A stretch of DNA of 64,000 bases from the human T2T-CHM13v2.0 reference genome, Homo sapiens, in the NCBI RefSeq assembly GCF_009914755.1, contig NC_060925.1; one strand, given 5' to 3'. This document shows positions 29,570-43,972 of the stretch, piece by piece. The translations under genes were made by a program, and so were the position numbers. The stretch's first letter is position 1. Every line of letters starts with the position of its first letter. The notes under the pieces are model-generated. The model saw only the letters and a program-made list of their open reading frames with translations, searched no databases and was not told where the DNA came from.

Positions 29570-30315
29570 TGGCGATTGCTGTGTAACAAAGCACCCTAAA
29601 ATGTAATGATTTAAAAAGACATCTGTATATTACTTCCCAAGAGACTATGGGAGAGTTGGTTGATCTTGGCTGGACTCTTCTTTATTTTTTTTTTGAGACA
29701 GCATCTCACTCTATTGCCCAGGCTGGAGTACAGTGGTGTGATCATGGCTCACTGCAGCCTCAACCTCCTGGGCTCAGGAGATCCTCCGGGATAGGTAGCA
29801 TGTACCACCACACCCAATTAAGTTTTTGTAATTTTGGTAGAGACAGGGTTTCACCATGTTGGCCAGGCTGGTCTCAAATTCCTGGGCTCAAGCGATCTGT
29901 CCCCCTCAGACTCCCAAAGTGCTGGGATTACAGGTGTGAGCCACTGTGCCCAACCTGGACTTATGTATCTAAAGTCAGTAGGTTGGTGGGGGCTGGTCTG
30001 GTCTAGGATGACTTCAGCTGTCATGACTTAAGTGGTTTCTCATCTCCTCACAGGCTACTCTGGGCTTGTTTCTATGGAGATGAGCAGGGTTCCAAGAAAG
30101 GGAGGGTGGAAGCATAGGCGGCTTTGTGAGACTCATGCTCAGAAGTGGCACAACATCACTTTGGTTGCATTTTTTTTGGCCAAAGCAAATCTAGCCTAGA
30201 TTGAAAAGGTGAAGATTTCATCTCTTGATGGGGGTGGAGTAGTTAAAAAATCATGTTGTAATGGATGTGAATAGAGGGAGGCCATTGAAGCCGATAATGC
30301 ATTTAATCTACCACA
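29570..30315 (-). mobile_element. MLT1 MaLR LTR interrupted by AluJ
   Basis: ATTGCTGTGTAACAAAGCACCCTAAAAT..TTGGCCAAAGCAAAT..CATCTCTTGATGGG..AATCTACCACA. Confidence 0.7.
29678..29955 (-). mobile_element. AluJ with small internal deletion
   Basis: Alu dimer with the right arm shortened near GATCCTCCGGGATAGG. Confidence 0.9.
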
Positions 30316-30654
30316 ATTACCTACTTCCAAGAATTTTAACGAAAAATAAATATTATGTATAAATGATCTGATACACAGTAGGCAATCAATAAACCTAGTT
30401 CTTTTTTCTTCCATTGCTCTCTCTTACTTCTCTATTAATGAAGTCTGAAAATTTATTAATTAGTTTTCTTAGCTACTATGTTATTATTATTTTGGACCTG
30501 AAATAAATCCAAATTTTTTTTATATAAATCTGTCTCTCTCATTCTATATTTATATAACATGTTATATTTTCTGTAAATTTAAGATTTAAAATTTGCTTTG
30601 TAAAATCTATTAAGTGCATAATCATGGCCCATATACTGTGAAGATGTTGTTCAT

Positions 30655-30910
30655 GATAGTGTGGTGGTTAGGGGCACCCTCTCTGAAAACAGTCTGCCTG
30701 GGCTTTAATCTCGCTGTGCCCTTTGCTAGCCCTCTGACCTTGGTCAAGTTACCTAACCTGCCCTCTGTAGAAAGGAAGTTATAATAGGGTTTTGTCATCT
30801 CCTATCTCCTATGACTGTTGTGAGAATGAAGTAATTTAATATTTCTGAAGCCTCTAATATTTCTGAAGCAGTGTCTGGCATGTAGGAAACTCTATGTGAG
30901 CAGTTGTTAA
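30655..30910 (+). mobile_element. MIR
   Basis: TAGTGTGGTGGTTAG..TGACCTTGGTCAAGTTACCTAACCT..GTTGTGAGAATGAA..GTGTCTGGCATGTAGG. Confidence 0.75.
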
Positions 30911-31356
30911 ATATATAAGTGTTTGAATCTCCTGAGTGTTTCAATTGTTCAGCAAATTTATAATCCACTTACGTTTACTTTCACCATCTTCTGCAATGAA
31001 TATTATGAGAAACTCCACATGCTTTGCAGAAATCTATTTACATGGTGTCTGGAGTTTTTGATCAACATAGCAGTCACTTAATAAAGGCAGTGAAGTTAGT
31101 TTGAAATCACTTTATGAACAGTAAAATATTTGTTATTAATATTATTACAATAATGTTACAGCTGTTTTAGAATTTATATACTAGATTTTCTGGTTTTCAC
31201 TGGAAAACCCCACATGCAAAAAATTATATTATTATGTAATTATTATTAACTAATGTCCAATTTTCACAAAACATGTTTAAAAATTTTCTCTAGACATTTG
31301 TCAGGGAGTAGTCTATATTTTACAGGTTCTCATCTTTCCTCCCCTTCTGTTATTCT

Positions 31357-31650
31357 TTTTTTTTTGAGACAGAGTCTTACTCTGTTACCCAGGCTGGAGT
31401 GCAGTGGTGTGAACATGGCTCACTGTGGCCTCCAGCTCCCTGACTCAAGCAATCCTCTTGCCTCAGCCTCCTAAGGAATAGCTGGTACTACAGCCACACA
31501 CCACCCCGCCTGGCTAATTTTAAAATTTTTTTGTAGAGATGAGGTCTCACTGTGTTGCCTAGGCTGGTCTTGAACTCCTGAGCTCAAGTGATCCTCCCAC
31601 CTCGGCTTTCCAAAGTGTTGGGATTACAGGTGTGAACAACTCGCCTGGCC
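31357..31650 (-). mobile_element. AluJ
   Basis: Full dimer. TSD TGTTATTCTTTTT on both sides. Confidence 0.92.
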
Positions 31651-31739
31651 TGTTATTCTTTTTCTCCATGATGTTTTAACTGATTGGGATATTTGGACAA
31701 TTTATTTCTTTAAAACTAGCTCAAAATTACCATACTTAT

Positions 31740-32290
31740 GCATAATTGAATACATAATTACAATACATTGTAATAAACAGATAAGTATAAAAAGAAAAGC
31801 AAATTAAAAACAAACACCCAAATTTCTACTGTCCAGAGTAAACTACTATTAATATTGTTTTTTTTTCTTCCCCCTCTTCCCTCTCTTCCCTCTCCCTCCC
31901 TCCCTCCCTTCCTTCCTTCTCTTCCTTGTCTTTCTTTATGGAAGAATGCTATTCATAGCATTTTATAGCTTGTTTTCACTTAACTAACTATTAATGTATT
32001 TCTACAATATCTATTCTACAACAATATTCTATAACACTCTGCCAGTATTCTACAACATCATTTTGATGGCTGTGTACAGCTCTGTTGTATGGATATAACA
32101 TAATTTAATTAGCAATCCTCTATTTTGGAGCACTAGTTTTCAGTTTTTTATTATTATTACAAATGTAGCATTTTGAACACTTTTATAGGTAAAATTTTGT
32201 GCACAACCATGATTATTTCATTGGAATATATTATTTGTTGAGTCTAAAGCATAGAGCACTTTTAACCTTTTAATAAATTTGACAAACTTC
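31740..32290 (-). mobile_element. Ancient L1 (L1ME-type) fragment with embedded (CCTT/CCCT)n tract at ~31865-31930
   Basis: GATGGCTGTGTACAGCTCTGTTGTATGGATATAACATAATTTA is an antisense L1 motif. Confidence 0.55.
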
Positions 32291-32750
32291 AGCCCCCGCA
32301 GAAATATTGTTGTTGTGTGTACTCTTAGTCTTGTCTATTCTGCATTAATAATAATAAAAAAAATCCCCTGCCTTTGTTCTGGAGCATATGCATTAGTGAA
32401 CTCAATGAGTGTTAGAAATCTACGTCTAATTAAAAAATGTAGCTGGGCCCACAGACATTACTTTGTTATAGAAAGGCTTTAATATTTTTATTATCTTAGT
32501 TAACAAAACCATTTGTGAGCCATGAGTTCTATCTGTGAAATGGATCATTAGATGGAGATTGGCTTATCATTGAGTTCTAAAGCCCTAGAAATCTTTTTGT
32601 CTCTAAAGAGGCAACAAATAGGCTAATACTCTACTGAATACCTAAGAGAATCAGTGAGCAGTTGTGATATGATGGTATCTACCACTGATTCCTGATGTGA
32701 AATTGTTCAAGGGAAGGGAACTAACTCTTGTTAGAAGCCAGGCACTATAC

Positions 32751-33217
32751 CCATGGGGAGAATGTTCACTGGGTGTCTGAAGCCTGGCAGCAGGTGGAAC
32801 TGCAGCCAGATGGTGGCCCAGCCAGGAGAGTGAGCCAAGGCCTATGCAGTGCATGGAGAAGAACCCTAGCCCCTGCTGCACAGATTTGTGCCCATTGGCC
32901 TGGATGGAGTGGTGGGTGCAGCAGTTCCTGGCTAGAATCATCAAATGGTCATAGCAGCTGCCTGAGAAGAAACACTACCATGGTGAACTCTTCACCAAAA
33001 GAGAACCATGGTGCCCCATCCACCTGCTGCAGCCTGGCTGAGCACTGGCCATACCTGAAGTGAGAGCATTTGGACTTTTGTACCTGCTGTTCCATTGGGC
33101 CCAATCGCCAGAGGTCAAAGGCTGAACCTGTATGACCTCAATTCTGCTTACTGTACCCAGGGACCCACCCTTAGGACTGGCAGGAAGGAGCTCCAGGCTA
33201 AAAAAGAAAAAAAAGAG
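32751..33217 (+). pseudogene. Probable 5'-truncated processed retrocopy of an unidentified transcript
   Basis: GC-richer, coding-like sequence that I do not recognise as a repeat, ending in an A-rich tail (33200-33217). Flanked by 18-bp direct repeats AGAAGCCAGGCACTATAC (32733-32750) and AGAAACCAGGCACTGTAC (33218-33235) at a TT/AGAA L1-endonuclease-like site. The insertion splits a MIR. Confidence 0.7.
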
Positions 33218-33405
33218 AGAAACCAGGCACTGTACATACATTTACATCATGAAATCCAAACTACAGGCTTACTGAGGTTATGTATTAGCCTTTTGATTTT
33301 CAGAAAGATAAATTGAAGCTAAGAGATTATTCCATTTGTCCGAAGTCACGTAAGGTCTAAGGTGGAGTTGAGATTAAAATATAGGTCTACCTAACTCCAA
33401 ACGTG
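33218..33405 (-). mobile_element. MIR (target of the retrocopy insertion)
   Basis: CCAGGCACTGTAC..TTTACAT..TTTTCAGAAAGATAAATTGAAGCTAAGAGA..TTGTCCGAAGTCAC..GGAGTTGAGATT. Confidence 0.65.
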
Positions 33406-35079
33406 TATGCCACCCAAGCTCATTCCTGCCCTTATCATAGTGCACTATCTGATTGAACCATTAGCTCAAGAGTATTCCTTGAACACAAAGATTAAATATG
33501 AAATGGATACGGTATTTAATAATACATGTCTACCTCTCCTGAGCTCTTAAGGCACTCAAGGTTGGAACAAAGCTGTTTTGTGGCCCCTTCCTATGTTCCT
33601 AATTTAATGATGGTCAGTAAGACTCAGGAATCTGACTGCTCCAGTACTTCTTTCTTATATAGTCTCCAAATTTCTAATAACATGAATTGGCACCTACTAA
33701 CCATAAATTTATAGTCCTAGAAACATTGACCTGAACAGATCACCTAATCATATCACTTCTAATTTTTAAAATGCATACCACTCTAATGGGGGAAAAATAG
33801 ATATTGCCAGAATTCATTGCAAGACAAATTCTTGGATGGGACAGTAATGAGGCAGTGTCTGGTTTTCATTAAAGGTAATAAATAAATAATTCATAACCCA
33901 AACAAAAGTAGTATAGGCTTTGTCATAAACATTATTACTATCCAATGCACTAATTGTCAGTGGAATATGCTTTGAGGAACGTGAAATGAGACCTTTCTTC
34001 CTACCCTATTTTAGTTTAGTTGTCACTTGACTCCTTGAGAGCTTCAAATCTAATCTATTTTAAAATGGCTAGAGAAAAAAGTACATTACTCAAATGTGAA
34101 AAGTGTTGCAAGAGAAATTCATCCTGAGTTCAATCAGGAAGGGATCACTGTTTTGCTTGTTTCGTTTATGGGTAATATAGTTTTATCTCCATAGAAGTTT
34201 AAATTTCATGCTCAGGATTAAAGATAGTAAAGTGCCAGCCAAATTGGTATTTTTGGAAAAGCTACATAAGATTTCACATTCAAACCTTAAACACATTATT
34301 CCTTTCTTCATTGTATTACTTAATCTGTTTTTCCTTCCTATGGAACTAGCTTTTGTTTTGAAATATGACATAGTAATGGACTATTGCAAAGGAAAACAAG
34401 AATAAAGAAATATGATTTTTTGGTGTTGTTTGTATGCATAAGTATAAAGTACTTATTATTGTTAAACCAAGCTTTTTGTTTTACCTGTTTGGAGAAATAA
34501 ATTTCTCTGTGCCACATGGCATTCCCTGCTGGCATTTTATGGGGCCACATAGGAATGAATGGTCGATTATTTTTTGGAAGGTGGTTTGTTGTAGAGGATA
34601 AGAATTTCATGCAAACAACATATATACAGGGTAGCATAAAATGGAATTTAATGTATAAGCAAGGATATGACAGTGTAAAAAAATCTTGGATGCAGAATCA
34701 GGAGGTCTGTGTAAACAAGAGGTGGTTGTGGGGACTGCGCTCTGAAAGGAGTTAACTCATTCTGTGACAGGAAGCAGACTTGGGAGAGGAAGAAGGAGGG
34801 ATTTCACAGCTTCAGAGTGGGGACCATGGAAGTTCAACACAAAGGATGGCTCTGGATAAGTCTGTGTGATGCCCTGTCCTGGGAAAAAAAACACTGCATA
34901 GGGAGAAGCGAGTATGTGAATGAGCCTCAGGATGTGACTTTGGGAACCCCGTTAATTTTGGTGGGGAGTACACTTGGTTGAGTGCAGCCTAATTCCCATC
35001 TGGGCTCATCCTTGCTTGTCCCTTTAAGCACTATGAGGCCCAGCCAAGAATCTGTACTCTGATGGTGGAAGTGACTGGA

Positions 35080-36500
35080 ACCAGAGACTCAGATGAGGTC
35101 ACCTGGGAAACAAATGTAAGTAGAGAAAAAGAAGAGAATCCAAGACTGTTCCAAAGTTCAGAGGTAGGTAGTAAAGGAGGAGTTGAAGAGGAAAAGACCA
35201 GTGAGGTAAGAGGAAAATTAGGACAGTGGGGCGACATTCTTCTGGGGAGAGAAAAGTGTTTCAGAAAGTTAAGGAGTGGTCAGTAACACTAAATGTTGCT
35301 AAGAAGTTCAGCATGACGAAGGCACAGGATGTGTCCATTGAATTTGGTAGCATGGAGGTCATTGGCGAACTCAACAAGAACATGGAAGCTTGATTGGAGT
35401 GGTTGAGATGAGACTGGGAGGTATGAAAGTGGAGACAGGAGATAGAGTTATTCTTTTGAGGTGTTTGCTATAAAGAGAAGGAAAGAAATGGGGTAATAAC
35501 TAGATAGCATATTGGGTCAAGGGAGGGTGATTTTTCTAAATAGAGAAACTAGATCTGATGCAACTGATTCAGAAGCATGGGAGAAATACAGTGATATAGG
35601 ACAGAGAGGGTATAATTGCAAAGTAGTGGGAGAACATAGATTCAGAGATCTAAGTAGAGTAGGTGGGCTTTTTTGGAAGAAAGGACACATCTACCTTAGT
35701 AACTTCAGGAAAGAAGGTAGAAAGCAGACGCACAGAAGAAAGGAGATATATAGATTTGGTGATGAGAAGATAAGGTAACTCCATTTAAATTGCTTCTAAT
35801 TTCTCAGGAAAATAGGAGGTAAGTTCAACAGCTGGGATGAGACAGAGATGTCTGAGGAAGAGAAAGAATAAAATAGCTGTCTATGAGAGCTGGAAAACAA
35901 GCACACTGGGGAAGTGTCAAATATCCATTCATGACTCTGAGTCATGAATTTATGGTGGAACTATTTAGTGGCATTGAGTGGTTTTCTTTAGCAAAATTCA
36001 GTTACAAGAATTTGGCCAGAGTTAAATTTAATCAGGTTTGAAGGTTTTCTGGGGAAGTCAGAAGGAGGGAAGGGGCAGAAAGTAATTAAAGGAGTTTGCA
36101 TGCAAGCAGGTGTCTGGGCACAGATGGCAGTGAGGACATGAAGGTAATGGACTGGAAAAAATGTCACCAGTGAGTGGAGGAGTGGTCAGGAGGTTGATAT
36201 ATACCATCCACAAGGAGGGAGATGTGAGTGAATTGTGGTCTAATGATATGAGCTGGATATTTTAAAGAAGGAGAGGCAAAAGAAAGCTTTGAAAATGGTA
36301 CTAGGAGCTAGGAAGACATCAACCAGGCTCTAGGTTCATGGGTTATTAAGAAAAAAGCAACCCTTGCTTGTGGTTATAGGAAGGAAAAGGTTTCAGTTAT
36401 GAAAAGAAGATGAACACCAACTGGGAGTCCCCAGTAGCCCAGTAAAGGAGAGGATAGAGAAGGTGGGGGGAATGAATGGAGGAGTATGGGATCCAGACCG
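35080..36500 (-). mobile_element. Long diverged L2 fragment
   Basis: GACCAGTGAGGTAAGAGGAAAA..AAATGTTGCTAAGAAGTTCAG..TGTCCATTGAATTTGGTAGCATGGAGGTCATTGG, with sustained purine bias. The right boundary is approximate. Confidence 0.6.
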
Positions 36501-37527
36501 GAGGGAGATGGGTGGATGAATGATAGGGTCTTAGGCTTCTGAGAGTGGTTGAGTTAAAAGGGAATAAAGCATGAGAAATTCATTTTGATGGCCTCTTCAT
36601 GGAAGGCCCAGAAGTTCAGGTCTCTGTCCCATACTATAACTAGAAGGAGTGGAGAAGCTACAGATGAAAGGTGTTATATGAGCTTCCTTGGGGTTTCTGG
36701 CCTCAGCTAGAGGTCCACCAGCTAGAGGTTCTTATTGTGACTGACTAGCTGCATGCCCTTGGGCCAATTCTTGTCTGCTTTCCTCATGTATAAAATGAGT
36801 CATTTTCAGTGCTCATGTGCTATTCTCATTCTCGGGAATGGTTCTTACTTCCTTGTCAGCCTGTTGAAATCCTAGACATTCTAAGAATTATCTCAGAAGC
36901 TGTCATTAGGCTATTCTCAATGTAATCACCCAATCAACCAGAAGTGACATTTCACTTCTCAGAATCACTGTTACACTGTCTGAACCACCCTCATGACAGT
37001 TATCAACATCTTCTAACTAATAGAGTTATTTGTGTTTATCTCTCATATATGTTGAAAACACCATGAGAATAGGAGAGGTGACACATTCTTTTTGCTCATA
37101 GCAGGTGCTTGATAAGTGTCTGTCAAATGAACCAGTAAAGCATACTTCTGGAGGACAAAGTAGTCATGAAGTAATGGAGACTTATTAGAAAAAAAAAGTG
37201 AAAACAATCTTGTATTTCAAATTTGCATGAGACATTTAGGTCAGTGGAAAATGTGATGTCATCAGGTCTAAGAGTTGCTTGTGTGGCTGTTGCCACAAAC
37301 TTGTGTCAGTTACAGATAGAATAAATCTATTAGCAGAGAATTAATTGCTGTATGCAGATAGCTTCATGGAGTTGAAATAATTCTGCCATGTTAAGTGGAA
37401 AATAGCAGAGGAAGAAAGGAAGAGGTGAAAATTAATGTATTTGAAAGAATGTTGAAAATACAAGAACAAGTGGAAGGAAATACTATAATTCTTAGGCTTT
37501 AAAAAAAAACATAAACGTAAATGTAGA

Positions 37528-37845
<318 letters not shown>

Positions 37846-38237
37846 CTAATACTCAAGGGATGAAAAATTTCTCCAAGCTAATGATTGTCTAAAGCACATA
37901 TTTCTACTGGGACATGTTTTAATTACTGGGCTGTGGAAATCATATGACATGGGTTGGAATGTGAGTTGTTCTGTCTGTTAAGTGAAGAATTTTTAGTGGC
38001 TGCATTTTTTTGAATGAAACATTGAGTCACATGATCTGACAAGAAAGAATGTACTTATGGGGTCAATGGGACAGAATACTGGACATTGGAAAATTTCCAA
38101 TAGGAATAGGAAAACACCAGTTTATGTTATATAACACCACCATCACTATTACCACTACCACTGCCATCACCTACAAAAATAGGAGCAAAAGCCTTCTAAG
38201 CACTGTGTCAGTGTCTGTTCTGCATATTTTATGTCTT

Positions 38238-38613
38238 GCATTAGTCAAGGTTCAACCAGAGACACAAGACCAGCAGGACATATATAAAGACATTTATTGA
38301 GAGGAATTGGCTTATGTGATTGTGGGGGCTCTGTAGGTGAGGCTGTTAGGAAGGGCAGGCTGGAACCCTGGGGCACGAGCTGAGGCTACCAGCCACAGAC
38401 AGAATGTCTTCTTCCTCTGGGAAACTGCAATTTGGTTTTTAAGGTCTTTCGCTGATTGAATCAGACCCACTCAGATTATTGAGGATAACCTCCCTTACTT
38501 ATAGTCAGGTTTATGTACTTTAAGCACATCTACAAAATACTCTCGCAGGAGCACTGTGATTAATGTTTGGTTGAATAACTGGAGACTGTAGCCTTGCCAA
38601 ATTGACACATAAA
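38238..38613 (-). mobile_element. MLT2 (ERVL) solo LTR inserted in a MIR
   Basis: TGCATTAGTCAAGGTTCAACCAGAGA..GGAATTGGCTTATGTGATTGTGGGGGCT..GCCAAATTGACACATAAAA. Confidence 0.82.
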
Positions 38614-39592
38614 ACATGTGTTATCTCATTGAATCCTCAAAGCAACCTCTGTGAAGCAATTCACAAGAATGATGAGTGTTGGAGCAGGGGTTTGAACCTA
38701 GGTGATCTGATATGGAACCCAGGGATTGTGCACGACGCTGGAATGCACCATGGGCAAGAAGCCAAAGCCACACATAAGTTCTCCTCTGAAACATCTCCTG
38801 GAACAGGCCCTTTGTATTTCCTAGAGAGCAATAAGTCCCTTATAACTAGGATTGGTGGCTGTTCTCAGGCTGTCATGTGGAGGATATTAGCTAGCATCCT
38901 AGTTATAGTAAAAAGAACTTAAAATCATAAGTCCCTCGAAAAATTGCTAAGTCTCCTTAGTTTCATTCAAAGGGTATAAAGAAAACATGCAGTTTGTCAT
39001 CCCATTCACTCCTGTCACCCCCAAGACATTGTACTAAGACCATAAATAGAAAAATTGGTATTGAGACAAGCATTGGGCTTGAATTAACACTTAGGTGATG
39101 ACTATAGAGGATTTATTTTAATCTGGCTGAATTCTTTTCAGCTATAATAAGAATAAGCAGACCATCTGGTGGAAAGAGTAGAATGAAATGGAATGCAGAC
39201 AGAGTTGTGAAAGGAGACGGCCATCCAGTAAGGAGCACTGGGGTTGGGCGAGGGTGGGGGTGTTGCTGTGGCTGTCTCTGGAGTATGTGTGAGTCCTGGG
39301 GGTGCTGGTGGGAGGCTAAGATGGTCTGGTGTCAGGGTAGACCCTAGGAAAGTAACAAGTCGGTGAAAGTACTGTTGGTTCTCAGCCCACAGTCTTGATG
39401 AGTCTGGGATCTGTGATCTCTGGGCTTTGGTGACCACACCTTTCTCCAGAACCCCTGATAAAATTAAATTTTATCTCAATCAGTACTTTCTCCTTCAAGG
39501 CTTCAGCTAGATACTCTGATAAACAACAAAAGCAACACAAAGTCAAACTCTTTATTCCTGTGTTGGTGAGAACCTCTACTTCCCCTACTTTG

Positions 39593-39896
<304 letters not shown>

Positions 39897-39959
39897 GACT
39901 TCCCTTACTTTGACTTCAAGCTTCCTAGAACACTGCTCCCCACAAAAGGGAAGGAACTC

Positions 39960-40428
39960 TGGAGTAGGTTGAATAATAGTCCCCAAAGATATCAGATCCT
40001 AATCTCTGGGACCTGTCATTGTTACCACAAATGGAAGAAAGGTCTTTGCAGATGTGATTTAGTAAGAGATTTTTAAGGTGGGGAGATTTTTCCAGATTAG
40101 GTGGGTGGGCCCCAAATCCAGTCACAAGTGTCCTTATAAGAGAGAGACAAAAGAAGGTTTGACACAAACAGAAGAAAAGTCAGTGTGAACATGGAGGCAG
40201 ATATTGGCTTGCAGCCACAAACCAAGGAAAGCTGGCAGCTATCAGATTCTAGAAGAGGCAGGAACAGATTCTCCCCTAGAGCCTCTGGGATGCCATAAAG
40301 GAGATTTGGGTCTAGTGATACTGATTTTGGACTTCTGGTTTCAAGAGAATAAATTGCCATTGTTTTCAAGCCACCAAATTATTATTATTTGTAATACTTT
40401 GTTACAACAGCCAGAGGAAATTAATACA
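39960..40428 (+). mobile_element. MLT1C/D MaLR solo LTR
   Basis: GTAGGTTGAATAATAGTCCCCAAAGATATC..TTTGCAGATGTGATT..GGAAATTAATACA. Confidence 0.85.
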
Positions 40429-40949
40429 GCTTCCTAACTTTTTCCTCAAATGACTCCTAATATCTTGAAATTTCCATGAAGACCTTCCTGAAAAAGTAAA
40501 GGACCCCTAATAACAGTCCTTCACCTCATTCAGTGCTCTATTTACTTGACCTTCAGCAGAAAACCCACATGTTTATTGGTTTGCTATATTATATTTGCTC
40601 TTGGTTTGTTGTTATAAGCTAAAAAGTGGGTGGGAAGTGTTCATTAGCTTTGTGAAATACCCAGCATAGTGCTTGATAGATGCTGTTTCAATGATAAAAA
40701 AACATGTGGAAGACTTTAAAAGGGAAAGAACAAGTTCAAAATATCTCTCCTCTTTCCTTAAGCATGAACTTGGGATCAGAATGCCTTGTTTGACCACTTG
40801 CTGAAGTAAGTTAAGGTGGTAAATGGAGAGTAAGCAAGGTTATGTTTACAGTACAGAGAGAAGAGGGATAATGTGTTCAGAGTTTTCTGATTATTGATAC
40901 AATATTTCTTGTAGATAAGTGCATTTTAGCATTTTATTGCAGTATTTAG

Positions 40950-41300
<351 letters not shown>

Positions 41301-41725
41301 TATTAAGTTTATCTTAAACTTTTGCACATGCCTTAGGATTCAGATCATTAAAACAGCTGATTTGCACACTAAAGATTTGATTAGAGTCTTAATTACCAGA
41401 GAAGGCAGGTACATTAGAATTTTAAATTTAGGATTAATTTCATCTATTTTTTAAAAAAATGCTCTAACTAGTAACATTTGTGATAATTTCGCGTTTTCTA
41501 CCCTGAAATTAAATAATTTAGAAGAGAAGTAAAAAGCCAAGGAATATATGTTCAGTCGGTAAGACAATCTTAAAAACTGGTTCATTTTAACCACAACATC
41601 AAGAATTTATAATATTAAAAAATAAATCATGTATTATTTTTATCAAATCTGGCTTTGATAAAGAGCTTGGCCACATGTGTTATTCTGTCCTGAACACTTG
41701 CTTGGCACGAATTCTAAGTCTTACA

Positions 41726-42066
41726 GCAGGGGTCCCCAAACCCCAGGCCGCAGACAGATACTGGTTTGTGGCCTGTTAGGAACCAGGCTGCACAGTAGGA
41801 GGTGAGCAGCCGGCAAGCAGGCATTACCGCCTGAGCTCTGCCTCCTGTCATATCAGCTGTGGCATTAGATTGTCATAGGCGCGTGACCCCTATTGTAAGG
41901 GATCTCGGTGGTGCATGTTAGGGATCTAGGTTGCGAGCTCCTTATGAAAATCTAATGCTTGGTTGGAACAGTTTCATCCCAAAACCATTCCCTGGTTACC
42001 CCCATCTGTGGAAAAATTGTCTTCCACAAAACTGGTCCCTGGTGCCAAAAAGGTTGGGGAACCTCT
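41726..42066. mobile_element. MER1B hAT-Charlie MITE
   Basis: CAGGGGTCCCCAAACCCC..CTGGTCCCTGGTGCCAAAAAGGTTGGGGA, ~340 bp. Confidence 0.88.
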
Positions 42067-42419
42067 TTCCTAAAGGAAGAGAAACACTGGTTTATTGTGC
42101 ATTTAGAGTGGCTTTACCATGTTCACAAAAAGTCTTATTGAAAAGAATGTTAACTGCAACACTGTAATAGCAAAAGCTAGGAAATAGCTCAAAGTATTCA
42201 TTAACAGGGAACTGATGAAAGACATAAATCCATACAGTGGAACATTTCATATTCATTAAAAATGAAGTATCTATACTGATATGGAATGATGCTTATGACA
42301 TAGTTTAGAGGAGAAATGAAAGATGGAAAATAGTATACACAGAACAAAACCACTTGTGTTTTTAATTTTTAAAATTTACTTTTTTTAAAATAACTTTATA
42401 CTTATAAAAAGTTACATAA

Positions 42420-43335
42420 CTAGGAAATTAACATTGATGAAATCACAAGAACTAATCCACAGACCTTTTTAGATTTTTTTTCAAAATTTTTTTCAATTGC
42501 GCCACTAATGCCCTTCAGTATACTTTAATCAGGATAGCTCCTCCAGTTCATCATCTTTCTTCTCCTTTCATGATCTTGACACGTTTGAAGACTGTGCATC
42601 AGATATTTTGTAAAATGGGACTGTCTAAGGTTTCCTCATGATTACATACAGGTTTTGATTTTTTTTTGGCAAGAATACCACAGAAGTGCTGTTAGCTCTT
42701 CACAGTGCACATCAGGAGGCACATGATGTTGATGTGCCTTGTTGCTGGAGAGTTAACTTGATCACTTGGTTAAGGTGGTATCTGCCAGCTTTCTCTACGG
42801 TCAGGTTATTTTATTTTTCTTTTGTAATTAGCCAGCTTGGGCTGCCATATCAAAATACCATAAATTAAGTGGCTTAAACAACAAAAATCTGTTTTCTCAT
42901 AGTTCTGGAGGCTGGAAGTCCAATACCAAGATCCAGCAGGGTCCAACAGGATATCCAGAAGGGTTTGATTTCTGGTGAGGGCTCTCTTCCTGGCTTGCAG
43001 ATAGCAGCCTTCTTGCTCTGTCCTCACATGGTGGAGAGAGAAGAAAAGCAAGCTCTCTGCTGTCTCTTCTTATCAGGATATTCACCCCATCATAAGGGCC
43101 TCACCTTTATAACCTCATCCAAACTTAATTACTTCCCAAAGGCCCTACCTCCAAATATCATCACACTGGGGGTTAGAGCTTTACTGTATGAATTTTGGAA
43201 GGACACAATTCTGTACATAGCAAGTGTCTTGTGGGGAGTTAACTTGAGACTATGCAAATATCCTGTTACTCATTGTACTTTCTTATCCACTAATTTGAGC
43301 ATCCATTGATGATTTTTGCCTGAAACTATTATTAA
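42420..43335 (-). mobile_element. Old L1 (L1MB/MC) 3' fragment interrupted by a MaLR LTR
   Basis: TTGGCAAGAATACCACAGAAGTG..CACTTGGTTAAGGTGGTATCTGCCAG, resuming at CTTGTGGGGAG..TGAGACTATGCAAATATCCTGTT. Confidence 0.65.
42823..43222 (-). mobile_element. MaLR solo LTR (MSTC/D or MLT1A-like)
   Basis: GGGCTGCCATATCAAAATACCATAAATTAAGTGGCTTAAACAAC..GGACACAATTCTGTACATAGCA. Confidence 0.82.
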
Positions 43336-43623
43336 TATTACTGTAGTGTTTCCATTTGTGTTTTAAAAAGTGATACACACATTTATGCCTGTATATGCAT
43401 AGAATATCTTGAGAATGATACAAAGAAACTGGAAAAAGTGATTACTCTGGGGAAGGTTGTCAGTGAAGAGGGTGGCTGGATAGCCAGGGCAGGGAGACCT
43501 TTCACCCTGTGACCTCTTCATGCTGTGTGACTTTCATTATATTATTTCATTATATTACCCGAAAGCACAACTACTTGGGTTTGTGATCCAGAACTGTAGC
43601 TAGCTGGTTAATTTTATCTTTAA

Positions 43624-43972
<349 letters not shown>

